From contig JBGSIS010000003.1 of NCBI GenBank assembly GCA_041742395.1, forward strand, positions 1-56,737: a DNA stretch of 56,737 nucleotides, read 5' to 3'. Numbering within the stretch: the stretch's first letter is position 1; every line of letters starts with the position of its first letter. Positions 11,818 through 22,115 of this stretch are shown here, in pieces. The translations under genes and the position numbers were made by a program. The stretch comes from Candidatus Saccharimonadales bacterium. Lineage in GTDB: Bacteria > Patescibacteriota > Saccharimonadia > Saccharimonadales > JACQNP01. The notes under the pieces are model-generated. The model searched no databases and was not told the origin of the DNA. It worked only from the letters and a program-made list of their open reading frames with translations.

Positions 11818-13428
11818 GTGAGTTTAATGTTACCAACTGAAGAAGATAATGATATGGCAAGTAATGATAAAAGTTCTGATGAATTTCATAGCACTACCAG
11901 TCAAAATATCGATAATAACAAGAGCATTAGCAACATGGCATTTAGTGAGCACAAGGTCATTAAGCCGATATCTAATGCAGAAAATGTGTCAACTAAAACA
12001 GCTACTTCAAATAGCACACTAATAACTGCACCGAATAACATCATTGAAGAAGCAGAACTAATGCCAGACCAGCAACCAGTTGGTGATGGAATTGTGAGCG
12101 GTGGTGTTGATCCACTAGAGTTGGATAATGTGAAGACTAAGACTAGTCAAAAAAAGCCATTTTTTAAAAAGTTAACAGCTTTACCTATAGCAATAATTGC
12201 TGCTTTGTTAATTATTGGTGGAGGCTCAGCTGCTACATATTATGCTGTTATTGTTCCAAATAATCCTGAAATGCTTTGGAAGACTTCACTTTCTAACAGT
12301 GCGAAAGGATTAGAAAAAATTGCTGAGTACCAGAATAAACAATCGGAATCAAAAGGACAATCTTTTAACGGCTCATTTAAAGGTAAGGTGAGTGATGTGG
12401 TTTTTGACGGTAACATAAACGGTAAGACTTACGAGTCAAATTCGGAGACTAACTTAGATGTGGGTGCTGCAGGAACTCGGTACACCCTGGATCTCAAAAC
12501 CATAGTTCCAGAAAATGCAAATAATCCAGATATTTATTTTAAAGTTACTGGCGTTAAAGGCTTGGTGGATATATTGGGTGCTGCAGATCCAACAATTCAA
12601 TCTCAATTTGGCTCGATAGACAGTCAGTGGTTTTTTATTGACCACACGCTTTTAGATCAGTTATCCGAGGGTTCAGAAAATAAAATATCAACTCAAATTA
12701 GTCCGGAAGATTTGAATCGTATCGTACAAACAGTTGTTTCTAAGACTAATGAATATATTCTATCTAGTGATGAGCAAAAAGCAGTGATTCTCGTCGCTGA
12801 GAATGTTGGTGCAGAGAAACTGGATGACCGAGATGTGTATCATTATAAGGTGCAGATTAATAAAGATAACTTCAAATCATACGTAAAGTCATTATCTGAC
12901 AGTATAAATCAATTAAATATTGAATCTATTAAAGTTGACGATAAGACCGTAGAAGAAATTAACAAGTCAATTGATTTAATTAAAGATACTACAACTGCAG
13001 ATATGTGGCTCGATAAATCAACTAAGCTGATCAGAAAACTAAAATTTACTGATCCAGAAAGTGCGGAAAACAGTTTAGAAATATCCTTAAACTATAATGG
13101 TGGTGATGTCTTACCTCTGTTGATAAAATTTACCAGCTCAGAAAAAGACAATAAATCTCTACTATCTTTTGGTTTTGATTTGAATACTAAAGAAAATTCA
13201 ACAAAAGTTACAGCAAATTTTTCCAACGAAGGGGAAAATGATGACTCTAATTTTAATCTAACTGTTGATACTAAGCCAAATAACGAACAAGTTGATACGA
13301 ATGCACCTGAAGGTGCAAAATCTGTAATTGAACTAATTGATGGTTTTTCTAAAATACAACCAGCGGGATTTGAAGATTCTTCGGCAATCACTAGGACTCT
13401 TGGAATTTTTGATGATCGTGAAATGTAA
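11818..13428 (+). CDS. Membrane-anchored exported protein, possible LolA/LppX-like fold
   Basis: Disordered N-terminus, TM, IYFKV..QWFFID, YHYKV, DMWLDKSTKLIRK, APEGAKS; exact start uncertain. Confidence 0.7.
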   Translation: MSLMLPTEEDNDMASNDKSSDEFHSTTSQNIDNNKSISNMAFSEHKVIKPISNAENVSTKTATSNSTLITAPNNIIEEAELMPDQQPVGDGIVSGGVDPLELDNVKTKTSQKKPFFKKLTALPIAIIAALLIIGGGSAATYYAVIVPNNPEMLWKTSLSNSAKGLEKIAEYQNKQSESKGQSFNGSFKGKVSDVVFDGNINGKTYESNSETNLDVGAAGTRYTLDLKTIVPENANNPDIYFKVTGVKGLVDILGAADPTIQSQFGSIDSQWFFIDHTLLDQLSEGSENKISTQISPEDLNRIVQTVVSKTNEYILSSDEQKAVILVAENVGAEKLDDRDVYHYKVQINKDNFKSYVKSLSDSINQLNIESIKVDDKTVEEINKSIDLIKDTTTADMWLDKSTKLIRKLKFTDPESAENSLEISLNYNGGDVLPLLIKFTSSEKDNKSLLSFGFDLNTKENSTKVTANFSNEGENDDSNFNLTVDTKPNNEQVDTNAPEGAKSVIELIDGFSKIQPAGFEDSSAITRTLGIFDDREM

Positions 13429-13448
13429 CTACTGTATAATTTTTAGTA

Positions 13449-14210
13449 ATGATAGATAAAAAAGTAGTAGTCGACGGTCTATTAGTAAATTATAGGATTT
13501 ACGGTGAACAGGGTGAAACTATACTTATGCTACACGGCTGGGGAGATAATCTAGCAACCTTTAAGGGAATCTCTGAAGAATTATCAAAAGCATTTTATGT
13601 AGTTTGTATTGATTTACCTGGTTTTGGTCAATCAGATAGCCCTAAAAATACATGGGGACTGGATGAATACGCAGCATTTGTTAATGATTTTTGTAATAAA
13701 ATAAATCTTAATGTAGGCTATTTAGTTGGTCATTCTAACGGCGGTGCTATATCCATAAAATTGGTGGCCGAGGGCCTTTTTAAACCTAAAAAATTAATAT
13801 TACTTGCTAGTTCAGGTGTTCGAACAAATTATAAGGGACGTAATAAAGTGCTTAGAATTGCTACAAAAACAGGTAAAATATTTACTAAACCCTTGCCCGC
13901 TACTATGAAAACTAAAATTAGAAGAAAGGTTTATGACTCTGTCGGTTCAGACATGTTAGTTGCGGAGCATCTTCAGGAAACTTTTAAAAAAGTTATAAGA
14001 GAAGATATTACTGAAACATCGTCTAAAATATCTATACCTACACTTTTAATTTACGGATCAGATGATAAAGCTACGCCTCTTGAATATGGAGATATTTTTT
14101 CAAAAAAAATAAAAAATAGTAAATTAGTAGAAATAAATGATGCAGGTCATTTTATTCATCTTGAAAAACAAGAAGAAGTTATAGATTTGATAGAGGAATT
14201 TATTCGATGA
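13449..14210 (+). CDS. Alpha/beta fold hydrolase
   Basis: LHGWG, DLPGFGQS, GHSNGG nucleophile, DDKATP, AGHF. Confidence 0.92.
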   Translation: MIDKKVVVDGLLVNYRIYGEQGETILMLHGWGDNLATFKGISEELSKAFYVVCIDLPGFGQSDSPKNTWGLDEYAAFVNDFCNKINLNVGYLVGHSNGGAISIKLVAEGLFKPKKLILLASSGVRTNYKGRNKVLRIATKTGKIFTKPLPATMKTKIRRKVYDSVGSDMLVAEHLQETFKKVIREDITETSSKISIPTLLIYGSDDKATPLEYGDIFSKKIKNSKLVEINDAGHFIHLEKQEEVIDLIEEFIR

Positions 14211-15619
14211 AGTGGTTTAGATTTTTATACCCGAATGCAGTCTATAAACAGGTTTATATGCTTCAACAATTTGAGTATGATCCATATAAACTAGCTAAAT
14301 GGATATTCACCGTACCGGATCTAAAAAATGTGGTCAACAGAGGAAAATTAGTTTTTACAGCTAAGTCTATAATCCTATTTGCTGTAGGTTATTCTATGTT
14401 TTTTGGCGCAATACTGTCAGGAATTTATTTAACATACCAAGGGTTATATATTCTGGCTTTTATTCTTATTTTCTTTTCTTTTGATTTCAGCTGGATAAGT
14501 CTATTTATATTAAGTTTAGTTGGCAAAGTCTTGATCGAGACTAAAAGAAGACCATTAATGGAAAATGCAAAAGAATTATTTGAGAATTTTGAAGGTCAAA
14601 AAATTGCTGTTTTAGGAAGTTTCGGTAAAACCTCCATGAAAGAACTTCTTAATAGTGTGTTGTCAAAAAAGTTTAAAGTTTCATATACTCCAGGAAACAA
14701 AAATGTACCAATTAGTCATGCTAGGTGGGTAACAAAAGATGTTTCAATGGACGAAGATTTTTTAATAATTGAGTATGGTGAAGGCGAACCAGGTGATATT
14801 AATAAGCTAGCTAAATTAAGCCGGCCTAACATTTCAATATTTACCGGACTTGCACCTAACCACTTAGATCATTACAAAACCCTAGATAACTTAATTTCTG
14901 ATTTTCTCGAAATTGAGGATTTCACTAGCTCACAAAAGCTATATGTAAACAGTACTGCAAAAGATTTGATTAATAAGCTTAAGAACAATGCAATACTTTA
15001 TTCAGATATTGAGGTTGATGGGTGGAAAATTGAAAATATAAAAGTTTTTGTTGGAAAGACAGAATTCTTAATGAAAAAAGGTAGCGACACATTAAAGTTA
15101 AAATCAGGGTTAATTGGAAGACATAACGTTGGACCGATAGCCTTGGTTAGTTCAATTGCCTTTAAGAACGGTATGACTAAGCAAGAAATTGAGTCGGCAA
15201 TTTCAGAGACAGTTCCGTTTGAACATCGCATGCAGCCTAGAAACATAAACGGAGCTTGGATTGTTGACGATACTTATAATGGAAACTTTGAGGGCTTTAA
15301 GGCTGGTATCGAGTTTCTGAATGAGATTAATGGTCAAAGAAAGATTTATGTAACTCCAGGTTTAGTTGATCAGGGCGAAGAAAACGAAAGAGTTCACACG
15401 GAGATTGCTCATCTGCTGTTTAAGGCAAACTTTAGCCAAGTTGTTTTCATGGATAACCAAAACACAAGAACAATGCACCAAGTACTTAAAAGCTTAGGAT
15501 ATAAGGGTGAAGTTAAGATCGAAAATAATCCCTTAGCTTATTATCAGAATATTGACCAGTTCATTGCTTCGGGAGACATAATACTGATGCAAAACGATTT
15601 ACCCGACGCTTACAGCTAG
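14207..15619 (+). CDS. murF: UDP-MurNAc-tripeptide--D-Ala-D-Ala ligase with N-terminal membrane segments
   Basis: GSFGKTSMKE, IVDDTYNGN, HRMQ, NDLPD; adjacent to ddl. Confidence 0.82.
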   Translation: MKWFRFLYPNAVYKQVYMLQQFEYDPYKLAKWIFTVPDLKNVVNRGKLVFTAKSIILFAVGYSMFFGAILSGIYLTYQGLYILAFILIFFSFDFSWISLFILSLVGKVLIETKRRPLMENAKELFENFEGQKIAVLGSFGKTSMKELLNSVLSKKFKVSYTPGNKNVPISHARWVTKDVSMDEDFLIIEYGEGEPGDINKLAKLSRPNISIFTGLAPNHLDHYKTLDNLISDFLEIEDFTSSQKLYVNSTAKDLINKLKNNAILYSDIEVDGWKIENIKVFVGKTEFLMKKGSDTLKLKSGLIGRHNVGPIALVSSIAFKNGMTKQEIESAISETVPFEHRMQPRNINGAWIVDDTYNGNFEGFKAGIEFLNEINGQRKIYVTPGLVDQGEENERVHTEIAHLLFKANFSQVVFMDNQNTRTMHQVLKSLGYKGEVKIENNPLAYYQNIDQFIASGDIILMQNDLPDAYS

Positions 15620-15669
15620 TTAATTGTATTCACAAATTGTATACTTAAATTGTAATTGGAGATTGTAAA

Positions 15670-16830
15670 ATGAAGACAGTTGCAGTAATTTTTGGAGGCA
15701 AATCAACCGAACATGACGTTTCGATAATGACGGCCATATCTAGTGTCATTCGACCCCTCGAGTTGACAGGAGAGTATCATGTTGAACCAATTTATATTTC
15801 TAAAGATGGAAAGTGGTTTTGGGATTTAAAGTTAAAAAACATAAGAATGTTTCAAAGTGGTGAAATAGATGAATTTATACAAAAGGCTCCGAATGTTCAC
15901 CTCTCCTTCGAAGGTGGTTTAGTATTGGTTAAATCAAGTCAGTTTGCTGGAAGAAAAAAATATAAAAAAATTGATATAGTATTCCCAGCTATGCATGGGA
16001 CACATGGTGAAGATGGCGAATTAATGGGGCTTCTAGAAATGGCTAATGTACCTTATGTTGGTTGCGACCCTGCTTCTAGCGCCGTTTCAATGGATAAGGT
16101 ATTAGCAAAGCAAGTCACTCAGTATGAGGGCATTGAATCAACTCCGTGGGTTTGGTTTTACTCCAAAGACTTAGCTAGAAAACACTCCGAAATAATTAAA
16201 ATGATTGAAACTCTGACATATCCATTATTCGTTAAACCAGCACACTTGGGTTCTAGTATAGGTATATCTAGAGTTGAAAGTAATGATCATTTAATGAATG
16301 CCCTTGAAGTGGCGGCTCATTATGACGACAAAGTAATCGTAGAACAGGCAGTTAACAATCTTATCGAAGTTACTCTTCCGATTATTGGTAATGATGAGTT
16401 GACACCTGCTTTAGTAGAACAGCCATTAGTTTCTGCAGAAGATTTCTTTGATTTTGATACTAAATACATGAAGGGCGGCAAAGGTAAGAAGTCTGGAGCC
16501 AAAAAAGGCGTCCATGGCTACAGCAATTTACCTGCAAAGATATCTGATGAACTTTACATTAAATCCGAGGAAATGGCTTTAAAAGTTTATAGAGTGGTTG
16601 GATGTAGTGGTATAGCCAGAATAGATATGCTAATAGATAGTAAAACCAATAAGGTATATTTTAATGAAATTAACCCACTACCAGGAGATTTGTACGCTCA
16701 TAATTGGCGGGCTTCCGGAATGCCGCAAGTTAATTTGGTGCAGAAATTAGTTGCATTAGCAGAGGAAAGATGGAAAGAGAAAAACCAAAGAACTACAACT
16801 TTTACTACTAATTATTTAAAGCAGTTTTAA
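15670..16830 (+). CDS. ddl: D-alanine--D-alanine ligase
   Basis: FGGKSTEHDVS, HGTHGEDG, MDK, GSSIGI, FFDFDTKY, EINPLPG. Confidence 0.95.
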   Translation: MKTVAVIFGGKSTEHDVSIMTAISSVIRPLELTGEYHVEPIYISKDGKWFWDLKLKNIRMFQSGEIDEFIQKAPNVHLSFEGGLVLVKSSQFAGRKKYKKIDIVFPAMHGTHGEDGELMGLLEMANVPYVGCDPASSAVSMDKVLAKQVTQYEGIESTPWVWFYSKDLARKHSEIIKMIETLTYPLFVKPAHLGSSIGISRVESNDHLMNALEVAAHYDDKVIVEQAVNNLIEVTLPIIGNDELTPALVEQPLVSAEDFFDFDTKYMKGGKGKKSGAKKGVHGYSNLPAKISDELYIKSEEMALKVYRVVGCSGIARIDMLIDSKTNKVYFNEINPLPGDLYAHNWRASGMPQVNLVQKLVALAEERWKEKNQRTTTFTTNYLKQF

Positions 16831-17318
16831 TGTTAGTTGAAGTGTCAAAGATGGTTCCAAGTTTAATTATTGATTTAAGATACAAGTCAAAAAATAATAT
16901 CGCTGGTACTGAGTTATATGACGAAGGATTTACAGCAAAACTAGATATAGAAGCTGTTCAAGCAATAAAGACTGCTGAGAGTGATTTTAATAAACTAGGC
17001 TTCAAACTAGTTATTTGGGATGCATATAGACCAGAAGAAGTGCAAAAAAAGCTCAGAGAAATTTGTAATGATGATAGGTATGTTGCTAAGGTATCGAATC
17101 ATACTAAAGGCTTAGCGGTAGATGTTACGTTAGCAGATTATGAAAATAGTGAGTTAGTAGATATGGGGGGTGATCATGATGAATTCAGTATGGAAACCAC
17201 AACAGATAGACAGGCAAATAATAGGAACTTGTTATCCGAAATAATGCAAAAGAATGGTTTTAATGTAAATGAGTTTGAATGGTGGCATTTTGACTTTGGA
17301 GTGATTAATGAGAGTTAG
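16830..17318 (+). CDS. ddpX: D-Ala-D-Ala dipeptidase (VanX/DdpX, M15)
   Basis: DLRY..NN..G, WDAYRP, SNHTKGLAVD, EWWHF. Confidence 0.88.
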   Translation: MLVEVSKMVPSLIIDLRYKSKNNIAGTELYDEGFTAKLDIEAVQAIKTAESDFNKLGFKLVIWDAYRPEEVQKKLREICNDDRYVAKVSNHTKGLAVDVTLADYENSELVDMGGDHDEFSMETTTDRQANNRNLLSEIMQKNGFNVNEFEWWHFDFGVINES

Positions 17319-18603
17319 AATTACTCATCCTGGAGCAGGTGAGCTAAAATATGAGATTAGAAGTATAGTTGAGTTTGCTAATAAGCTAGAAAAGACTGGA
17401 ATAGATATTATATGGGAGAATATTGGCGATCCTATTGCTAAAGGTGAAGAGGTACCAAAATGGATTCGACAAAAAGTAGCCGACGAAACACTAAATAATA
17501 ATGATTCATTCGGTTATTCGCCAACAAAAGGCCTGGACTATTCTCGTCAGTACTTAGCACGCACAAGGACTGACGAAACAGGAAATCAACTAAATGCGGA
17601 AGATATTATATTTTTTAACGGACTGGGAGATGCAATACACGAGGTATACACTTGGCTTAGCCCATTTGCGCGAGTTTTAGGCCCTAGCCCGGCATATCCG
17701 ACGCATTCTTCAATAGAGGGTGCTCATGCGAGGAGTAGGCATCAGACATACAATCTAGACCCTCAAAATTCATGGTTGCCGGATATGAATGACCTAAGAG
17801 ATAAAGTGCATTTCGATGCTGAAATTGCTGGACTATTGATTATAAACCCTGATAATCCAACTGGAATGATTTACACTAAAGAAATTCTGAAACAGTTTGT
17901 TGAGTTAGCTAAAAAATATAACTTGTTTTTGGTTGCAGATGAAATATATGCAAACTTAGCATTTGATGATAGCTTTGTTTCACTTGCTGAAGTTTCGCAG
18001 GATGTCCCGACTATGATAATGCGGGGACTCTCAAAGGAAGTGCCGTGGCCAGGGAGCCGTTGTGGTTGGGTTGAATTTTATAATACCGACAAAGACGAAG
18101 ACTTTGCTAGATACGCAAAATCAATAGAAGAAGCTAAAATGAACGAAGTGTGTTCGACCACTCTTCCTCAGTCAGTTCTACCTAAGATTTTGAACGATAA
18201 GAGATATTCCCCACATTTAGAATCTAGGCGAAATAAATATATTAAAAGAGCAAAAACAGCTTCTGATTTGTTTGGTAAAAGCAAGTTTTTTGATGTAGTT
18301 GAACCAAAAGGAGCATTTTATCTAAGTGTAACTTTTAGTGATTTATTTTATAAGAATCCCCCAAAACCAAGACCAGTAAACGAAAAAGCTAAATTATTGC
18401 TTGAACGTGAGCTCAAAAAGGATTCAGAAATGCCGATTGATAAAAAATTTTGCTTGCAGTTATTAGGTGCTACCGGAATTTGCACTGTTCCGCTATCTAG
18501 TGGATTCAATAGTCATATCCAAGGCTTTAGGATGACATTACTTGAAGAGGATGAAGAAAAATTTGAACAAACAATTAATAAGATTTTAGAAATAACAGAT
18601 TAA
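17308..18603 (+). CDS. PLP-dependent class I/II aminotransferase (AlaA-like)
   Basis: YEIR, ENIGDP, INPDNPTG, DEIY, GLSKEVPWPGSRCGW. Confidence 0.85.
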   Translation: MRVRITHPGAGELKYEIRSIVEFANKLEKTGIDIIWENIGDPIAKGEEVPKWIRQKVADETLNNNDSFGYSPTKGLDYSRQYLARTRTDETGNQLNAEDIIFFNGLGDAIHEVYTWLSPFARVLGPSPAYPTHSSIEGAHARSRHQTYNLDPQNSWLPDMNDLRDKVHFDAEIAGLLIINPDNPTGMIYTKEILKQFVELAKKYNLFLVADEIYANLAFDDSFVSLAEVSQDVPTMIMRGLSKEVPWPGSRCGWVEFYNTDKDEDFARYAKSIEEAKMNEVCSTTLPQSVLPKILNDKRYSPHLESRRNKYIKRAKTASDLFGKSKFFDVVEPKGAFYLSVTFSDLFYKNPPKPRPVNEKAKLLLERELKKDSEMPIDKKFCLQLLGATGICTVPLSSGFNSHIQGFRMTLLEEDEEKFEQTINKILEITD

Positions 18604-18625
18604 GTAATATAATACTTCTTGAATT

Positions 18626-21511
18626 ATGAGACGATATAACCCAAAAGAGATAGAGCCAAAATGGCAAGATAGATGGTCTCAGGATAAGATTTATTCTGCT
18701 ACAGACTTTGATGAAAATAATCCAAAATATGTAATGCTCACAGAGTTTCCTTATCCTTCAGGTGATGGTCTTCATCTTGGACATGTTCGCGAATATGCTC
18801 TTGGTGATATTATGGCCCGCTATAAACGAATGACTGGTCATAATGTTTTGTACCCAATGGGTTACGATGCATTTGGATTACCTACTGAAAATTTTGCTAT
18901 AAAGAATAAAATAGCTCCTCAGGTAGCAACAGAGCGAAATATAGGTAATTTTAGAAAACAGTTTAATTCACTAGGTTTTAGTTTTGATTGGGATAGGTCA
19001 TTTAGTACTACAGATCCGAGCTATTATAAATGGACACAATGGTTATTTTTGAAGTTTTATGATGCGGGACTTGCCTATCAAGATGAAACAACTATAAATT
19101 GGTGCCCTAAGTGCAAGACTGGGTTAGCAAATGAAGAGGTCGTCAATGGAAGACATGAAAGATGCGATACCTTAGTAGAGAAGAAGACTCTTAAGCAGTG
19201 GCTACTTAAGATCACAGAATATGCCGATAGACTTATTGATGGTCTTGAAGATATTGATTATCCAAGCAGAGTCGCTGATCAACAAATAAATTGGATTGGT
19301 CGTAGTAAGGGTGCAGAAGTTATTTTTATGCTGGAAAATGGGGAGAGTGTCACAGTATTCACGACTCGTCCCGACACATTATTTGGTGCCACCTTTATAG
19401 TATTAGCTCCGGAGCATCCACTGATTGAATCAATTACTACTTCAGATCATAAGGCCTCTGTAAATTCATATATAAAGTCAGCACAGTCAAAATCTGAAAT
19501 TGAGCGTCAAGATACAAGCCGTGAAAAAACAGGTGTATTTACTGGTGCTTACGCAATTAATCCAGTTAATGGAGAAAAAACACCAGTATGGATTGCAGAT
19601 TATGTACTCTATGGCTACGGAACAGGAGCAATTATGGCTGTACCGGCTCATGATGAGCGTGACTTCGAGTTTGCTAACAAATTCAACCTACCCGTGAAAC
19701 AAGTAGTTGCTTGGGCGGAGTCAGATACTCATAATCCTCCACTTCCAGGTATGCAAGAGGTTGAGCGTGATACGGTAATCGTTCATTTGCAAGATAAATC
19801 GACAGGCATGTTTGCAATCTTAAATTGGCATGAAAGCTTAGAGGGAATTACTACTGCCATTATGGGTGGAATTGAAGATGGTCAGACACCAGAAGATGCC
19901 GTACGATCAGAAATAAGCGAGGAAGCAGCCTTAGATAATATAAAAATAAAAAATACCGCACAGTGGATAACCATATCACGCTACTGCGCTTCACATAAAA
20001 ATCAAAATCGAAAAGCAATAACTCGTGCCTTTTTAGCTGAGATTGACAATCTTGAATTACAAAGAGAAATTTCACAATCTGAACAGAAAATTCATACTCT
20101 AAATTGGGTGGAAAAAAGTGAAGTAATTAACTCACTGACGCCAACTCATCAAAAGTATGTATGGGAACAATTGTGGAGCGAAAAGCCTTTTACTGGCGAA
20201 GGTGAGATGATTAACTCAGGCGAATATAACGGAATGTCATCTAGCGATGCTCGTGAAAAAATCGTTAAAGATCTAGAGGCAAAGGGCTTAGGTAAAGAAA
20301 AAACTACTTACAAGTTGCGAGATTGGATATTTAGCCGTCAACATTATTGGGGAGAGCCAATTCCCATAATTCATTGCCAAAATTGTGGCGTTGTGCCAGT
20401 ACCGGACAGTCAACTTCCTGTAGAGCTTCCTCCGGTTGACCACTATGAACCGACTGAAACTGGCGAAAGTCCTCTATCATTGATTGAAGAGTGGGTAAAT
20501 GTAAAATGTCCAAAATGTGATAGTCCAGCGAAACGTGAAACAGATACTATGCCAAACTGGGCAGGGAGTAGCTGGTATTATTTACGTTATTTTGATGCAC
20601 ATAATGAAAATGAATTTGCCAATAAAGAAAAGCTAGAATACTGGGGAATGGTAGATATGTACCTGGGTGGCATGGAGCATACAACTCTGCATTTGCTTTA
20701 TTCAAGATTTTGGCATCAATTTTTCTACGACCAAGGTTTAGTTCCTACTCCAGAACCATACAATTCTCGTCGAGGTCAGGGTATTATCTTAGCAGCAGAT
20801 GGTTCAAAAATGAGCAAAAGCAAAGGCAATGTAATTAACCCTAACGAAGTTATTAATGCTGGATACGGAGCTGATGCTCTACGTGTTTCCATAGCTTTTA
20901 TTGCTCCTTATGACCAAACCACTCCATGGAATCCAGAGGGTGTGGCGGGTACTTATAGATTTGTGTCTAGACTTTGGAATTTGACATATGAATACATTGA
21001 ATCAAAAAATGAGGGAACTAAGTCAAGTCCAGAATTGCTTTCCTTGATGCATAGAACAATTGCTAAAGTGTCTAGAGATTTGCATGAAATGGGATTCAAT
21101 ACGGCTGTTTCAACTCTAATGGAGTACGTAAACGCTTTGTATAAATTAAAAGTCGAAGATAAGTTTGAGCCCAAAGAATGGAAAGAAGCAATAAAAGTAC
21201 TATTACAGCTATCTGCACCATTTGTTCCGCACGTTACAGAAGAGCTTTGGGAGGTTATTGGTCAGGAAGATTCTATTCACCTAAGTGTCTGGCCTATACA
21301 TAACGAAGATTACTTAATTAGTGACACTGTGAAAATTATAGTTCAGGTTAATGGAAAAGTTCGAGCTAACATAGAAGCTCCTAAAGGAATATCAGAAAAA
21401 GAAGTCATTGATTTGGCTGAAAACAATGAAAAAGTAGCCACTTATATTAGTAATCAAGAAATAAAAAAGATAGTTTATGTTACTAATAAATTAATTAATT
21501 TTGTAATTTAA
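18626..21511 (+). CDS. leuS: Leucine--tRNA ligase with NUDIX-like insertion
   Basis: FPYPSG..HLGH, FTTRPDT, GTGAIMAVPAHDERD, RDWIFSRQ, KMSKS, VQVNGKVR. Confidence 0.97.
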   Translation: MRRYNPKEIEPKWQDRWSQDKIYSATDFDENNPKYVMLTEFPYPSGDGLHLGHVREYALGDIMARYKRMTGHNVLYPMGYDAFGLPTENFAIKNKIAPQVATERNIGNFRKQFNSLGFSFDWDRSFSTTDPSYYKWTQWLFLKFYDAGLAYQDETTINWCPKCKTGLANEEVVNGRHERCDTLVEKKTLKQWLLKITEYADRLIDGLEDIDYPSRVADQQINWIGRSKGAEVIFMLENGESVTVFTTRPDTLFGATFIVLAPEHPLIESITTSDHKASVNSYIKSAQSKSEIERQDTSREKTGVFTGAYAINPVNGEKTPVWIADYVLYGYGTGAIMAVPAHDERDFEFANKFNLPVKQVVAWAESDTHNPPLPGMQEVERDTVIVHLQDKSTGMFAILNWHESLEGITTAIMGGIEDGQTPEDAVRSEISEEAALDNIKIKNTAQWITISRYCASHKNQNRKAITRAFLAEIDNLELQREISQSEQKIHTLNWVEKSEVINSLTPTHQKYVWEQLWSEKPFTGEGEMINSGEYNGMSSSDAREKIVKDLEAKGLGKEKTTYKLRDWIFSRQHYWGEPIPIIHCQNCGVVPVPDSQLPVELPPVDHYEPTETGESPLSLIEEWVNVKCPKCDSPAKRETDTMPNWAGSSWYYLRYFDAHNENEFANKEKLEYWGMVDMYLGGMEHTTLHLLYSRFWHQFFYDQGLVPTPEPYNSRRGQGIILAADGSKMSKSKGNVINPNEVINAGYGADALRVSIAFIAPYDQTTPWNPEGVAGTYRFVSRLWNLTYEYIESKNEGTKSSPELLSLMHRTIAKVSRDLHEMGFNTAVSTLMEYVNALYKLKVEDKFEPKEWKEAIKVLLQLSAPFVPHVTEELWEVIGQEDSIHLSVWPIHNEDYLISDTVKIIVQVNGKVRANIEAPKGISEKEVIDLAENNEKVATYISNQEIKKIVYVTNKLINFVI

Positions 21512-21538
21512 TCAGATATATCACTGAAAATAACGCTC

Positions 21539-21961
21539 TTAGATTTCAATAGCAGAGATATCGTTAATGAAGCTGTCGCTATATAATTTTGAGGATGTTT
21601 CTGTTGTTAAGGGTAAATCAGCAACAGGGCTACTGGCTTCAATATCTGTAATTTCTTGGTCACTTATGCTTTCCCAGTAGAAGGCACCCCCAATTAATGT
21701 CCCAATAGCTACTATGACTGCAATTGCAGTTTTTCCAGCTCTTCTATTTACTTCTCTGTTATTGGTTGGTCTGGGGTAATTATTTTGGTCTGGATCCAAT
21801 ACCTCAACAATACCCCTGAACTTTTTACCGAGTAATTCAATAGAATGATTAACCTTTTCATTGCGGTGTAACTTATCTCTTTTTTTCATTTTCTCATCTA
21901 AGCTAGGATGTCTGTACTCTCGTTTTGGTGACACTCTGCTCATGCTTTTTACAACTTTCAT
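21539..21961 (-). CDS. Hypothetical single-TM protein
   Basis: ORF with TM segment; start reassigned to ATG 21961, 6 nt after TATAAT. Confidence 0.55.
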   Translation of the reverse strand: MKVVKSMSRVSPKREYRHPSLDEKMKKRDKLHRNEKVNHSIELLGKKFRGIVEVLDPDQNNYPRPTNNREVNRRAGKTAIAVIVAIGTLIGGAFYWESISDQEITDIEASSPVADLPLTTETSSKLYSDSFINDISAIEI

Positions 21962-22040
21962 AATAATATTATACCAATTAGTAAGAAAATAGTCAAAATC
22001 GTGCAAACCACTAAGCAAATTTTAAGGTTTATTAGAGATA

Positions 22041-22069
22041 TTGAAATAGCCGCTAAAATGCGCTATAAT
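22041..22069 (+). promoter_or_regulatory. sigma70-type promoter for rpmF
   Basis: TTGAAA-17 nt-TATAAT. Confidence 0.7.
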
Positions 22070-22115
22070 TATACGCAAGTTTATTAGGTAACGGCCAAAG
22101 GAGCGCTGATTTAAT

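Noticed and set aside
15670-17318. Possible vancomycin resistance cassette
   Set aside because: Ddl has the D-Ala-D-Ala-type KY loop; no vanH or vanRS adjacent
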